From the NCBI GenBank assembly GCA_973895155.1, contig OZ316898.1, positions 21,540,122-21,604,121 of the forward strand: a stretch of DNA of 64,000 nt, in the 5' to 3' direction. The notes below the pieces were generated by a model that saw only the letters and a list, made by a program, of their open reading frames with translations, was not told the origin of the DNA and made no database searches. Numbering within the stretch: position 1 is the first letter of the stretch; each line of letters starts with the position of its first letter. Shown piece by piece: positions 37,301 to 49,796 of the stretch. The translations under genes and the position numbers were made by a program. This stretch comes from Marsupella aquatica (lineage: Eukaryota > Plantae > Marchantiophyta).

Positions 37301-39611
37301 GTACACCTCAGGTAGAACCAAGTACTATCTGTCGCATGATATAATTCCACTACACTTCTATATTAATGTTGCCTAAGTGCTTTATTGTATTTTTTGGTTG
37401 AAATGATGTCACTTGCATTTCATAGTCAGTCTTAGTTGGTTGGCTTGGTATTCATTTGCTTTTCACTCCCTGGGGCTAGTGAATTTGTTTGCTGTCACTG
37501 AGTTTCTTGCGTAAGAACTAGATGTTGTTCATTTTCTCGATCCATGCTCTGTTTTGCTCTGTTTCCTCTGTTTTGCTGGCTTCTTCATGTCTGCTCATAA
37601 CATTTTTCAGATCGTGTAGTTATGGATAGAACATAGTAATTGGGATCATACTGTCTTCTGCTCTGTTGGGGATCCTCTTTGAATATATATATACTTGGTC
37701 ACATGTATTGAGCTTGGAGGCAGTTTTTTTATTCCCATCTTCATTTTGTCAAGTGACCTTTCTGCCACCCCCTTTTGGTGGCCTCTTTTTTAGGAAGCTC
37801 CTTATTGTGAACACAGTCTGTACTTTGGTTATGAAGTTTGACTGAGTGCTGCGGGCCAATTCCTGTGCCGACCTGTGCTGTAATTTGCTTTGTTTTGCAT
37901 CCACTCTTTAGTTTCCTTCTATTTTATCGACGAGTTTCATGCATATCATGTTTATAAGAGCTTTTGTGCTGATGCACAATATAGTTGTGCCAACTGAATG
38001 CCAATCTACCTACACTCCTGCTCAGTTCACTCTTGCAAGCAGTGAACTACCTCTCTGCTGCTCACTGTAGGGTGAGACTTTCAGTCTTTCTGGATATTGT
38101 AGTTTGCAACATTGTTCATTAGGAGTGTTTCATGCTATGTTTATACTATGACCTCTAGTTGGAACCAAGGGAATGACACAGTGAGTGGGAACTGATTAGT
38201 CTCTCTTCTGGTTGTTGTTGGAGAGGCAATTACAGTTCCTGCTGACCTTGCTGATCGAAGGACGTTTGAGGACGTGAACACAAGACATCTGAACAACAAC
38301 AACAGTTATGGTGAGCACCCGCAATGCTGAACATGATTGTGCGGCTTGCATGCAAGGCAGAGAGGTTGCGCCTTGAGTATGTCAGACTTGGGATCCTTCC
38401 TGCCCAGTCTGCATGGTACTTTGAGTACCTTGTTGTTGCCAGGAATAACTACAGCCGGCCTGTACCTACTTCTCCACCCTTCCCAACATCCTTGGTATTT
38501 CTGTCTCTCGTACATGACCCACCACAAATTAGGGCCCAAGGGTGTGTACACAGTTGCCAATATGACTGTCCTGCCTGTCGGGCATCTGGCCCAGAGTTGG
38601 ATGACCGTTCTCTTGGATGTCAATTTTTGCATAGAGCACAATGTATCATCTGGAACCACTCGCCATCCTGTAGTGTGCCTGGCAATGTCACTTGTCCTGG
38701 CCTCCCAGACCCCACCACTGGTGCTTTTGGTGTCTACACATGTTTGGATCACACGCTGTAGAGGAGCACAGTTTGTCACCCCGTATGCACAGACCAGAGT
38801 GGAATGACCTCACACTTAATGCTCTGACTTAAGCACCAAGGATATTAATTTAAAATTTTGAAGTATGAGAAATTTTGGGTAAAGTGTTTAGGGTCCAGAG
38901 TATATAACTTATCCTATTTTGGCTGCACTAAGTGGAATATTATAATGTAAGAATTAAGCAAGCTCTCTTTAAATTCTCCATTCAAAGATTGCTTTAATGT
39001 CTACTTTAACTTGGCCAACATTGTAACATTCTATGACATAATTAATGGGCCATGCGATAACCTGCAAACATCCCTTACACGTATGACTTATTTGTCTCAC
39101 TATCATAGCCTATATAGGATGTATAAACTAAGTACAACCCTCATCACATTGCTTGATCCCAATCTTGTTGGAAAAATGCCTATTTTTCATGTGATGACTA
39201 TTGTATGTGATTCAAATGCATGAAATGTTGTTGCAGATCTTTTTTGGTGAATCACATCCACGAATTTGAGGTGTTGGTGGAGCAATTGTACTAGGGGTTC
39301 AGTTTTGTGTGTGGGCTCAACAAACCAAAAGTATGTCTGCTCTGCATCCTTGTGTGGCCATTGCAATTCATTGTAGTAGCAAATGCCTTTGTACCTTAAA
39401 TGCTAAATTTTACTTTCTGTGAAGTCTGCTAAAGTACATTGTCTGTACAGTCTGCCAAAATGTATTGCCTGTACCGTCTACTTAATTGTACTGTCTGTCT
39501 CATGCGTAGGTATGGCACGCCCCAAAATTCCAGCGAAAAAGCATGTGATCGATAGAGGTGAGCAACACAGGTGTACCTGGGCCACATGTTACTAACTTCT
39601 CTACAAGTCAG

Positions 39612-42600
39612 ATTTTCCAGAAGGCAGCTCATTGTTGTGCCATTTGTGACGATGGTGGGAGCTTGGTAATCTGTGAGGGCCCTTGCATGAGGCATTTCCA
39701 CCTCAACCCGGAGTCTCACCTTGCTGCAAAAAACAATTGTCCAGGGGTGGGCCTCCCGTCAACACACCAGGGAGACTGGATGTGCACTGGTTGTTTGGAA
39801 AAGCAGGCTAAGTGTGCACAGTGTGGGAAGTTGGGGTCCTATGAGGGCTCTGTTGATGCTGCACCGGATGTTAGGAAATGTCCAGACCATTTTTGTGTGA
39901 GGTTTGTCTGTTTTGAGTGTTTGCCTGCTCATGCCACAACTTGCTGTCAAACACTTGTCAAGGAGCTTAAGCGGCTTTTCTCCCCAAAAGACTACCTAAT
40001 ACCTTCTCCATATCATACCAGGGTCACAAAAAGATTTACAAAACTTTTGAAATGTGCCTACAATGTCTAATCACTCCATACATAAGTAGTTTCAACTCTC
40101 CACTTCTAGAGAGGTAGTCCCCTTGACTACTTTTGTACTCACACCCTTCCTCTCTCCTCTACTCCAAGGATCAGCAAGGGGGATCTCCGCTCCAAGCTAT
40201 CACCTTAGAGTAGATTCTCACACAAACACCCAAGAACCAAAGTACTTTCCTCTTCAAGCTTAAGTCTCCTCAAGACCCTCAAAGTAGTGTTACCCCTCAA
40301 CCTTGCCCCCTGGCCTTGGTTTGGGTCCACACATCCCCCTTTGAGCTCTAGAGAAGGCTCCTCTATCTAAGGACTCTTCCTCGTGTTCTTACTTCTTGTT
40401 AACACCACACACCAAGCAAAATACTTTCCCCCCTCAAGCTATAATCCTTTCTAAGTCTCAAAGTAGTGCTCTACCTTAACCTTGCCTCCTTGGCCTTGGT
40501 TTTGTACTAGCACATCCCCTTTGAGCTTAGACCAAGATTACATCATAGCATGGACTCTTCTCTTGCTCTCATATACTTCAAATGCACTCACACTTAATGG
40601 TCACAATGAAGATTGGCAAGTCTCCTTTTATTGCATCACCTTTACAACAAAAGTTCACTACACATTCTCCACACTAAGCATGGACCACCTCTCCCTTCTC
40701 AAGCTTAGCCCTACCTTGGCAAGGTAGAGATTCCACTTAAGAGATGAGACTCCCGGTCCCTAACAAATAAAAACTTACTCCTTATATACTATTCTCCTTC
40801 CACACCACACCAAGCTTGACCTGGGGTCCAACTACTCCTCCCCCAAGTCCTCCTAACACACAAAGTCCAACTCTATAGTTCGTAGCCCACCCTACAACCT
40901 ATTGTTTGCACTCCTTCCAAGCCCTGGAATATGCCACACATGAGTTGCATGCTTTGACCTCCAAACCTTCTCCCACTTATGGTCCTCCTCACCAGCTTCC
41001 CAACCCACTTGAAAGCTTGCAAAAAGAGTGAGTGAGTCTCAAGGTGTGCCTAGTCAAAGATGGCCTTATTTTACTTGTAACCCCTTTACTACCTAAGTAA
41101 ACTACCCCCTATACTTACTTTTCTTAACATGATGGCCTTACACCTTTGAAAAAAGGTAAGTACCCTTCCCTAGAGCCTAACTAAAGTGGTATGGGTGCAA
41201 GAAAGATCAGCCCCTAAATCTGGTAGTTATTCCCCTATGCCGACTTTGGTTTGCAAGCTATCGGGACCCCCTCGTGGCCTTGGCTAAAAATATATTTGAG
41301 TGACTCTTTTTCTGGGTTTCCACCTTCACCAAGGGGTGCCTTATCTTCCCCTAACTCAACACAAAAAAAATTGGGCCCCAACGGATACCCTAGCCAAAGT
41401 TATGTCCATTCTCCCAAGGCCAGTTTTTGGTGTAAAGCGGGTGTAAGCGACGACCCGATTACACTTACGTTATACACCCCTTATGGAGATTCCAGATGTC
41501 ACCAGGGGAGAGTACTCTCATTATACTCACGTTTCTTATGAAGAATTTGATAAGGACATCAATTTTTGCAGCCATTTTCCTCTCTCTTGAATTCAATCTG
41601 AAAGTGCATCATTCTCTATTGGATTCTAATGGTAGCAGGTCAATCTACAGCTCAACCAGGTTTGCAGCACCCTTCTCAGTCCACCTCCATAGCCATCCAG
41701 CCTTGCAAGTGATTCAAAATCGCAGCAGAATTTTGCAGCAGCCATAGCCCACCAATTCACAGCTAGCAGCACAACAGCACATTCGAAGCACAGCAACAGA
41801 TTCGAAGCACAGCAACAGCAGCCATAGCTTGATTCCTTCTCAGCAACTAGCTCTATTCCAATCACTCATCCAAGCAGGTCTCTCTTCTCAATTTTGCAAC
41901 TGCCCACCTCTGCAATTTCGTAGCTAGCAGCAATCCTATTTTGCAGCCATAGCTCTTCAATTCGCAGCAGTAGCCCTCTTCCTTGTTGATCCGCTAATCA
42001 ATTCTTGTGCAGCAGTCCATCTGATCAGCCGCCAGCCCTTCAATTTCGTAGCCCACCATAGCTCACAGCCAACCAACTAGCTCTTGCTCAGCAGCAGCCT
42101 ATTTCTCCATAGCAAGCAGCTCTATTCCAATCAACAGCATCAAGCAGCCAGCCAATTCTAATCAGCATCCCATGCCTGAAGCTATAGTAGCTCAATTCAA
42201 TTTCGTAGTTGCCTCTTGATCCCAATTCAAAGCAAGCATCTCATGTATTGACCCTTATGGTGTTCCTGACCTCGTGCTTGAGTCGCCCCGGCCTCGTGCT
42301 TAAGTCGTGGTCGCCGCCGACGCGGTTGACACTTAGAAAAATTTTGGATTTTTTTGTTGGGAAAACAGTATTTACAGGCCGTTTTGGATCGCCCCCAAAA
42401 ATCACATATGAGTCCAAAATGACTTCTGAGTATATATACATATTTTCTGGACATAGGACTATGTCCTGGTTTACTAATATCTAAACAAAACCTTATCACC
42501 GATTTTCTAAAATTAGGTAAAGTGGGTCAATTATTATGTTTTCCAAAATTCTTCTCACCTTTGAGATGCTCCCAAAAAGTAACCAAAGATACCCAGCTTC

Positions 42601-43260
42601 TACCACAAGTTTCCAGAGATAGAGTGGACCATATTTAACCCACTTCCAAACTTGGAACTCCTAAATTTACTCATCAGCTATTTTTCCCGGGACCCGCTAT
42701 TTTGTTAATTTAAGTCACACCAAAACACAAGGAAACCCTAGGTTGAGACCCCACTTGACATCTAACTTTTTAGGGGTGCTCTAGGGACCTCCTAGCATCT
42801 ATGGGAAAAATATGAACCAAAACTAAGACTTCAAGTGTCGGGTTGTTTCCCCGGCTTGGAATAGTCGCCTAGTCTAAATAAGGACGGAACGTTGTATGCC
42901 CCATCATAAAGACCTTCTTATCCCTTGTCACTTGTTTAGAACTCAGTAACCTTCCATTCCACTTTCTTTCCTATTCTACCTACTTAAGTTCCTAAAACCT
43001 AGTTACTCCGATAGCACTTAAAACGTCTTTCTTACTATTCCTTGTTCAAAAAGCAAAAAAATGACAAGTTTCTTACATAAACCTATATCGAGCCATTCCA
43101 CACTTGCCCAATTCATAGGTGCAAGGCATGTGGTGAGCATGATGATGAGTACTTGGCTGACATAGTCCACTGTGCTAGGTGTCCCACTATGTGGCACTAT
43201 CATTGCTTGAAAGATCGTCAAGCAGAGGGTTATGCTTGTGACTGTGAGCCGCTCAATTAG
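39612..43260 (+). pseudogene. EDM2/NSD-like tandem PHD-finger exon, split by a solo LTR (parts ~39612-39944 and 43108-43260)
   Basis: CAICDDGGSLVICEGPCMRHFH...C...WMCTGCLEKQAKCAQCGKLGS...C...C...CFECLPAHATTC rejoins in frame, after removing the LTR and one TSD, with PIHRCKACGEHDDEYLADIVHCARCPTMWHYHCL. Spacing matches the PHD array of plant EDM2 as I recall it. Confidence 0.85.
39945..43102. mobile_element. 3158-bp solo LTR
   Basis: TGTCAAAC...TTCCACA with 5-bp TSD CTTGC (39940-39944, 43103-43107); excision restores the PHD reading frame. Confidence 0.92.
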
Positions 43261-44481
43261 TGGGTTAAATTAGTTTTAGGTTAGATTTTTTCTTTTTTGT
43301 TCTAAGTAAGCATATTATGCCTGTAAATGAGTGAGAAGTAGAAGTGAAGCTGAAGTAAACTCTCTTCAGTATAGCAGAGTAAGAAAGTTTCATTAGTTTA
43401 AACCACGGTTAACTTAATAGTGGATTAGTGGATTAGATAGGTAATCAGATCCTTAGAGTTTGTAATTTAGGCTGAGATTTTTTCTGAAGGTTCTAGGCAG
43501 GCCCTGGAGAACCCTTGTAAAAGTGCAAGTCATTTCAACCGTTCAATTAGAAGCTATTTATAGTGGAACAAAACTTAAAATAGCCAACTTGCAGGACCTA
43601 GGGAAAATAGCCAGAGAGCAACAAATGTATTTTGAAGGCTAGCCATGGTGTTACTATACCTAACAATATCCCTCAGAATTACTAAACCTTGTTTTGGACT
43701 TATAGATACTTTTTGGGAGTGGTCCAAATTCTGTAAAAGTAGCTATGAAGTATGACGGATTGCAGACTTTGAACAATTATAAAAAAGCCAAGTTTAGTTA
43801 TATATCAACTCTAAGAATTGTTTTAGGAAGCCCTAGGGCTAGGAAATCCAGGAGTATGTTCATAATAGTTTTTTTTCCTTATGAGTGAGTTTTGAGCTAT
43901 AGGCGAAGATGGCTAATGTTAAATGCCATAAGTAGCACTTAAAGGGAGACTTAAAGGGAGGAAAGTTCTTTGTGCTTACAAAGGGGTAATTCAGAGAAAC
44001 GTGGTGGACTCATTTACATCTGTAAAGGGCAGGGTTACAATGTAAAAGAACTAGCTAAGGCCAGGTGTCGAGCCCAGAATTCAATAGAGCAAAAATCAAA
44101 GTGAAATTGAAGGGAGAATGGAGCTCAACGCTGCAGCTGAATGGAGAGCCAATACTCCACCAAATCAAGTAAGAAGAACTGGGCTGGAATGCTGGGCTCA
44201 AGGAGAATCAGAAGACCTGAACTAGAAGAGGAAATTCTGGAGCACGAATTAAAGGAGAACACATGGAAGGGAAATTAATAGAGAAGATTGAAATTTCTGA
44301 ATCAGAGAGAATATTTTACAGAAAGGAGAAGTCATCGACTACTAACAAGGGGGCTCTTCAGGCGAAATCAACTTGCACCTTCCATAGGGGAACTTCGAGG
44401 TGGCAACAGTGGACAGCTAGAAGACCATTTCCTCAGCTAGGGTGATTGACAAGAAATCTGAGCTGTGGCCCTTAACTTCAG

Positions 44482-44706
44482 GAATTGAATGTAGTATCAA
44501 GTCCATAGAGATATTTCTGAAATTAGAATGGCTGCTCTTTGGACTCAAGAATTGAATGCAGGATTAGTATCAAGTCCATAGAGATATTTCTGAAATTAGA
44601 ATGGCTGCTCTTTGGACTCAAGAATTGAATGCAGGATTAGTATCAAGTCCATAGAGATATTTCTGAAATTAGAATGGCTGCTCTTTGGACTCACAAATTG
44701 AATGCT
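44482..44706. repeat. 73-bp tandem repeat x3
   Basis: CAAGTCCATAGAGATATTTCTGAAATTAGAATGG at 44498, 44571 and 44644. Confidence 0.95.
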
Positions 44707-44721
44707 ACCAAGGTCAACCGA

Positions 44722-44749
44722 CCCTAAACCCTAAACCCTAAACCCTAAA
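44722..44749. repeat. Interstitial telomeric repeat (CCCTAAA)4
   Basis: Four perfect units. Confidence 0.95.
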
Positions 44750-45409
44750 TCGAGAGAAGAACACATGGAAGGGAGATATTTTTGTAAGAATGGAGGGCTG
44801 GTATGAACAGAAGCACCAGCCAGACTTCCTTCAAATAAGCCACGATCCCTTCAAACAAGTTCAGTTCTCTAAGTCCTAGCTTAGTTCTCTCCTTGCTCCA
44901 AACTGAATCAGGCAAACCGAGTTTACACCAGTAACTAAGCCTTGAGATAAGGTTGACCCTAGTTTAAAGTGACAATATCGATGGGTTCTGCTGAAACCTG
45001 AATAAATCGCTTAGTTTAGACTCAATCGGAGTACTTTTAAATGCATTGGAAAGCTATCGACGGTGGCTAGAGGCTGGCACAAGCTAGGAGGATTGGGAGT
45101 TCACTAAGATTCTCTTGGAAGTCAGGTTGTATAACAGTTTGATATTGCCAGCTACTTGAGAGGTTTCGATTGTGGTAAGGCTCTAAAAGGAGGTCAAGTG
45201 GGACTACAATCAAAGTGCATGGCTGATCCAAGAGTTCCTGATCCAAGAGGGCTACCTGATCATCACTTTCCTCCCCTGGTCCACAAGGCTAAGTTCACCT
45301 TGTGGAGTAAGCATGGGAGAGCTGTAAGTAGTGAGTAATTCCAGAAGTATGAAGAAATTGAAATTTTTAAATTTTTTTACGTTGTTTAAACTACACTTAC
45401 TGTTAATAT

Positions 45410-45665
45410 CGGGAAGTTACTTTAGTTTACGAGTTTAAGAGTATACTCAGATTACGAGTATACCAGTCTACGGGTTACTCTTTTACGAGTAAACTGATGG
45501 CGAGTAAACTTACTTTACGAGTTTACTAGTTACGGGTAAGCTCCACTTTACGAGTTTACTAGTTACGGGTAAGCGAGTTTACTAGTTTGCGACAGTATAC
45601 GAGTTACGAGTATAGTAGTTACGACTTACTAGTTAGGGCATTACGAGTTGTGCCTTACGAGTTGG
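45410..45665. repeat. Degenerate TTACGAGT/TTACTAGT micro-repeat array upstream of the 800-aa ORF; second array at ~48400-48570
   Basis: Many TTACGAG, TTACTAG and TTACGGG motifs in both tracts, in the same orientation. Confidence 0.85.
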
Positions 45666-45848
45666 CAACCGATGATCGCGACGTCTTACGGCTACTTTCA
45701 ACGGGACTTAGCAACGGGATGGCGAGCGCGAATTGAAGGGAAGGGGAATTAGACCTCGAGCGCTCACTCCTGACTTATTTACTGCCACCTCCATTGTTTC
45801 TGCCAGCTCCCCCACTCCTTAGCGCACTCAACATAACGGAGGAGAGCT

Positions 45849-48251
45849 ATGGCGAACCTCGGTATTGATGAACAGTACCGAGTTGACACTCTGGCAATTC
45901 CTAAGAGCATAGTCGCCCGAATTCCACAAGCGCCCGATAGCTATGCAAATTTACGGACTTCCTTACAACAGCTAGGTTTGGAGCATCTACTTGCCGTCCC
46001 TTGGAAAGTAGAGCTCGACACATATTTGCAGGATTTTGTAAAGGGATCAATGCTTGCTCCTGAATGTCAACAAACTATTAGAGCTCGACCCAGCTTATGG
46101 ACTGTAGAACAAATTGCTTATGCCTTCCGCTGCCCTTCAGAAGGAGAAGGATTATATTCAAAGAAGAAAGATTTGTCTACACCCTACTTCTCTGGGATTC
46201 GCAATCTCACCAATGGCTGGAATTTGACACAGTGTACTTCTCCAGATTTGAGAGTGCTTCTGGAATTTCTAGTACCCATTTTACACCCGAAGAAGCCAAC
46301 CATCTGTCCAGTGGCTTTGGTGAATACAATTGTAGCCGCACACAGTGGAGCCGTCCAGGTTAATTGGGCCCTGTTAATTTTCAATGTGATGAAGGATCAG
46401 GTGAGAACCATGAAGGCAGGTAGACCCACTCATCTGCAGGTTTATTTGTCTCAACTCTATCATGCTTATGAATGTTTATATCCAGAGGAGAGAACGGAGA
46501 GAGGGCTGCTCTTGATTGAGTTAGGCATTGAAGAAGGCCTGAGTATGGAAGAACCAGTGGATGCTATTCCCCTGGATTCTCATGATCAGAATGTGGATGC
46601 TGAGATGGAATTTGAAGATACACCTGCTCATAACTTAGAGCTGGTTCGACACCCCCTGGCTAACATGGTGTATTCACCAAGAGTTTATACAAGAGAATCT
46701 GGAGCTGGCGAAGACAGAGATTTCCCTGAGCAACCAGCCGACGTTGCTGAACTCGTTCTTGCAACTATCAATCTAAGGACCAACTCATCCACACCTCCAA
46801 AGGCAGAAGCGAATCAACAACTCGTCGATAAGTTGACATCTCTTCTTAGTTGCAGTGATGATGGTCTTTTCGATGCTGTCAATGATTTAAGAATGGAAGC
46901 TGTCAGTTTGAAGTCACCATTCCCTGATCAGTTAAGCCCTATCAGGATGACCTCTCCTCCAGGAGAGACAACACCAGTGGAATATGTGACTCTCACCCCT
47001 GTTACCCAACAGACCTCCTTTCAAGCAGGTGGTGACCTTGTTCCAGTAACAGACAATATTAGCTGTGCAGCTATTGTGGATGATCTACTGGAGATACTAC
47101 AGTGTAACCCTCGGCAGATAGTCACTGTAGTTAGCAACCTGGTGCAGCGATGTCCCACTGCTACCCCTTCTCCTAGTCGAAGTTTTCCCCCTTACAGCCC
47201 TGACTCTAACTATGAACCCACCGAAGGACCGTCCTATCATCAGACACAGTATGAGCATCCTTATGTTCGAAGGGATCTTCCCGAAGACTCTGATCCGCCC
47301 TCAGATGATGACTCTATTAGGTCTTATGAAAATTCTCTTTGGTCATCCCCAAGGCAAGGATTTGAGAATATTGATGTAGCTCTAAAATCAAATCCAAATC
47401 TAGTAGCAGTGATCACCTCGTCTACCCAAACCCCCAGGAATGCTACTATCGCAAGCAGGTACCCTAGACGTCCTGAGTCAGAAGTACACAGGTATGTCAC
47501 CACTTGCAAAGTAATGCAGGCCAACAGACCACCGGTTGGAGAGTTCTGGAGATACTACTATCTAAAGAAGACTGAGGCAAGCTACATTTTTGATCTTAGG
47601 TGTCTTGGAACTTCTAGAGTGGAAATGGCACAATTTGATGAGTTCTGGACTGACTCAATTTACTTTCGGCCTATTCTTGCTATGATGCTACTCCAAGGTG
47701 ATGTAGAGGTAGAGGATCCAGACCTAGTTCTGGCATACTTTGGAAACTTTGCCGCCTATGCCCTAGATTTTGTGATTTCCTTCCTGATGCAGAGCAAGAA
47801 GTCTACTGCTCCACAGCACGATTACATACCACGAGAACCCAAGGTTACCCTTGTTTCAACCAGTACATTGGCTGAGAAACAGAGGATCTGGAATAATGTC
47901 ACTTCTCAGACTCTAGCTGAATTCAATCGATATTTCAGAGATGTCAGGTGGAGACTTCGCCCCTTCTATTCCAGGATGCTGAATAGTGATGAGTTCCTGT
48001 TTCATTATTCCCAAGTGTACGCTGCTACTTGCAACAACTATGATGTGCTCGGGATCTACAGAGAAGCTCTTCGTATAGATTCATGTTATTTAATGAAAAG
48101 GATGCCCTTGATGTATCCTGAGAGACAACTGAGGTGCCTACCTTACTCAAGAGGATCCCCACGCCAAGCTGAACTGATAGAGGTTACTCAGAACCGAATT
48201 GTTACCCTTGTGGAGTTGCTGGAACCCGACGACATCCGACAGCAAGCTTGA
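45849..48251 (+). CDS. Intact 800-aa retrotransposon accessory protein; N-terminal domain resembles plant-mobile-domain/Athila-ORF1-like proteins, Pro/Ser/acidic middle, unknown C-terminal domain
   Basis: Uninterrupted 2.4-kb ORF from ATG; N-terminal motifs LGLEHLLAVPW, TIRARP..W, NGW...C, LEFLVPILHPKKP, VNWA, YLSQLY; no gag, protease, RT or integrase motifs. Confidence 0.75.
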   Translation: MANLGIDEQYRVDTLAIPKSIVARIPQAPDSYANLRTSLQQLGLEHLLAVPWKVELDTYLQDFVKGSMLAPECQQTIRARPSLWTVEQIAYAFRCPSEGEGLYSKKKDLSTPYFSGIRNLTNGWNLTQCTSPDLRVLLEFLVPILHPKKPTICPVALVNTIVAAHSGAVQVNWALLIFNVMKDQVRTMKAGRPTHLQVYLSQLYHAYECLYPEERTERGLLLIELGIEEGLSMEEPVDAIPLDSHDQNVDAEMEFEDTPAHNLELVRHPLANMVYSPRVYTRESGAGEDRDFPEQPADVAELVLATINLRTNSSTPPKAEANQQLVDKLTSLLSCSDDGLFDAVNDLRMEAVSLKSPFPDQLSPIRMTSPPGETTPVEYVTLTPVTQQTSFQAGGDLVPVTDNISCAAIVDDLLEILQCNPRQIVTVVSNLVQRCPTATPSPSRSFPPYSPDSNYEPTEGPSYHQTQYEHPYVRRDLPEDSDPPSDDDSIRSYENSLWSSPRQGFENIDVALKSNPNLVAVITSSTQTPRNATIASRYPRRPESEVHRYVTTCKVMQANRPPVGEFWRYYYLKKTEASYIFDLRCLGTSRVEMAQFDEFWTDSIYFRPILAMMLLQGDVEVEDPDLVLAYFGNFAAYALDFVISFLMQSKKSTAPQHDYIPREPKVTLVSTSTLAEKQRIWNNVTSQTLAEFNRYFRDVRWRLRPFYSRMLNSDEFLFHYSQVYAATCNNYDVLGIYREALRIDSCYLMKRMPLMYPERQLRCLPYSRGSPRQAELIEVTQNRIVTLVELLEPDDIRQQA

Positions 48252-49488
48252 AGAGATCTTTAAGTATTTTTAGTTAACTTTAAGAGTAGTACATCTTATC
48301 TGATTTTTATAAATGTGCTCTAGAGCTTTAAAAGTCATGAAACCTTTTCAGTGTATAGTCTGCACTTAGGAAAGCCTACTGGCAAAATTTGAGGCTTTTC
48401 TGAGCTACGAGTAGGCAGTTAAAAATAGTTGAATTTACCAAGTTTTTACTTATGTTGAAATTACGAGTTACGACTTAGTTAGATTTTTACTAGTTAAGAG
48501 TTACTAAGTTTCCGATTACGAGTTACGGTAGACAGACAATTACGAGTTAATAGTTTACTAGTTACGAGTTCATACTTAGCCATTTTTCCGACTTTTCACT
48601 TACTGAATCGCCATTTTAACTTTTTGAGGGATATGAAGAGGCATGTCTTTTCGACCCTGTAACCTCTCACTCGACCGATTTTGACTATAAGATAGTTCTG
48701 CCACTAGTGTAGTGGATGGTTAAGTTTTGCAGTTTTGCCTCTCCCTTGTGTTAAACTAGTTGATCATGAATCTATGAGTTCGAGATCAGGTTTAACATTT
48801 GGAGAGACTTACCTCCTTCTTGTATTTTGGAACCCAAATACTTGAAGTAAAACCTCAGTTATGAATCTCGTGAATTATAATGTCAGATTCCGCTTTGGTG
48901 ACACATTGTAATCTCACAAGTTCTTAGAGTTAACTCATTGAGTTTAAGTTGCATTGGAAATGATGTTTTCACCTTCATGTTGCTTAGTACCATCTAAATG
49001 CTGAAGTATTTATCCTTTTAGATCTTGACTAAGTATCACTTAGGAAGAAAGGTCAAGACATGTTGCCGGCATTTTAAAAGGATACTCTAGTATGCAGTTT
49101 AGATCTGAAAAGCCGTGTGGATTTGGATTCCCTTAAAGTTATTCCATTATTACTTATGTCTAAGGAGTAACCTTGGTCTATTCCAGACTCCCTTAGCATA
49201 CTCTAAGAGATTTTTCCTTGTGTTTCGTTAATTGCAACCTTTTGCTTAATTGATGGTTATATGATGTTGAGTTATCATCAAAAACTGCTCACCGCTGTGG
49301 AGCGATCTTCAAAATACCTTAGTAAAGTAATCAAATTTGATTACTATGTGTGGAAAACATCTTAATTTCTTTATTATTGTTTAAAACTATCAAACCAACC
49401 CAATCTTGTTCTTTACGGGAACGAATACCGAGTTTGAAGACCTTTAAATGTGTTTTTGGTTCTTCATAGCAAACTACATGAGATTTTT

Positions 49489-49506
49489 TGGCGCCGCTGC
49501 CGGGGA
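49489..49506 (+). other. Primer-binding site TGGCGCCGCTGCCGGGGA (tRNA-Asp type, typical of Athila-lineage elements)
   Basis: One mismatch to the canonical TGGCGCCGTTGCCGGGGA; lies 10 nt after the LTR end. Confidence 0.85.
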
Positions 49507-49796
49507 ACAAATCAAGGATGGTTTGAAGTACAGGCAGTGAATGCCAAAAGGAGGTTAATTCAGTGAATCTGGAATAAACAAAAGAAAGGTGGAAGTTGAC
49601 CATGGAACCCCAAGGAGAATGGGAGTTCCCTCCATTACAAATTCGATCTTTCACAATGGAAAATGCACCAGAGGCATTTAGGGAGAGATTTGGAGGTGAA
49701 ACTCCTTCCTCAATTTTGGAAAGAAAGAGAAAAGCTAAAGCCAAGAAGGAAAGACGAAATGGGGCTTAGTGGGGGAATATCCTTCCCAAGAAAGAG

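Noticed and set aside
34841-38807. ORFs 34841..35377 and 38324..38807 as CACTA transposase or upstream PHD-gene exons
   Set aside because: No TnpD/TnpA motifs recognised, and I could not build a phase-consistent splice path to the PHD exon.
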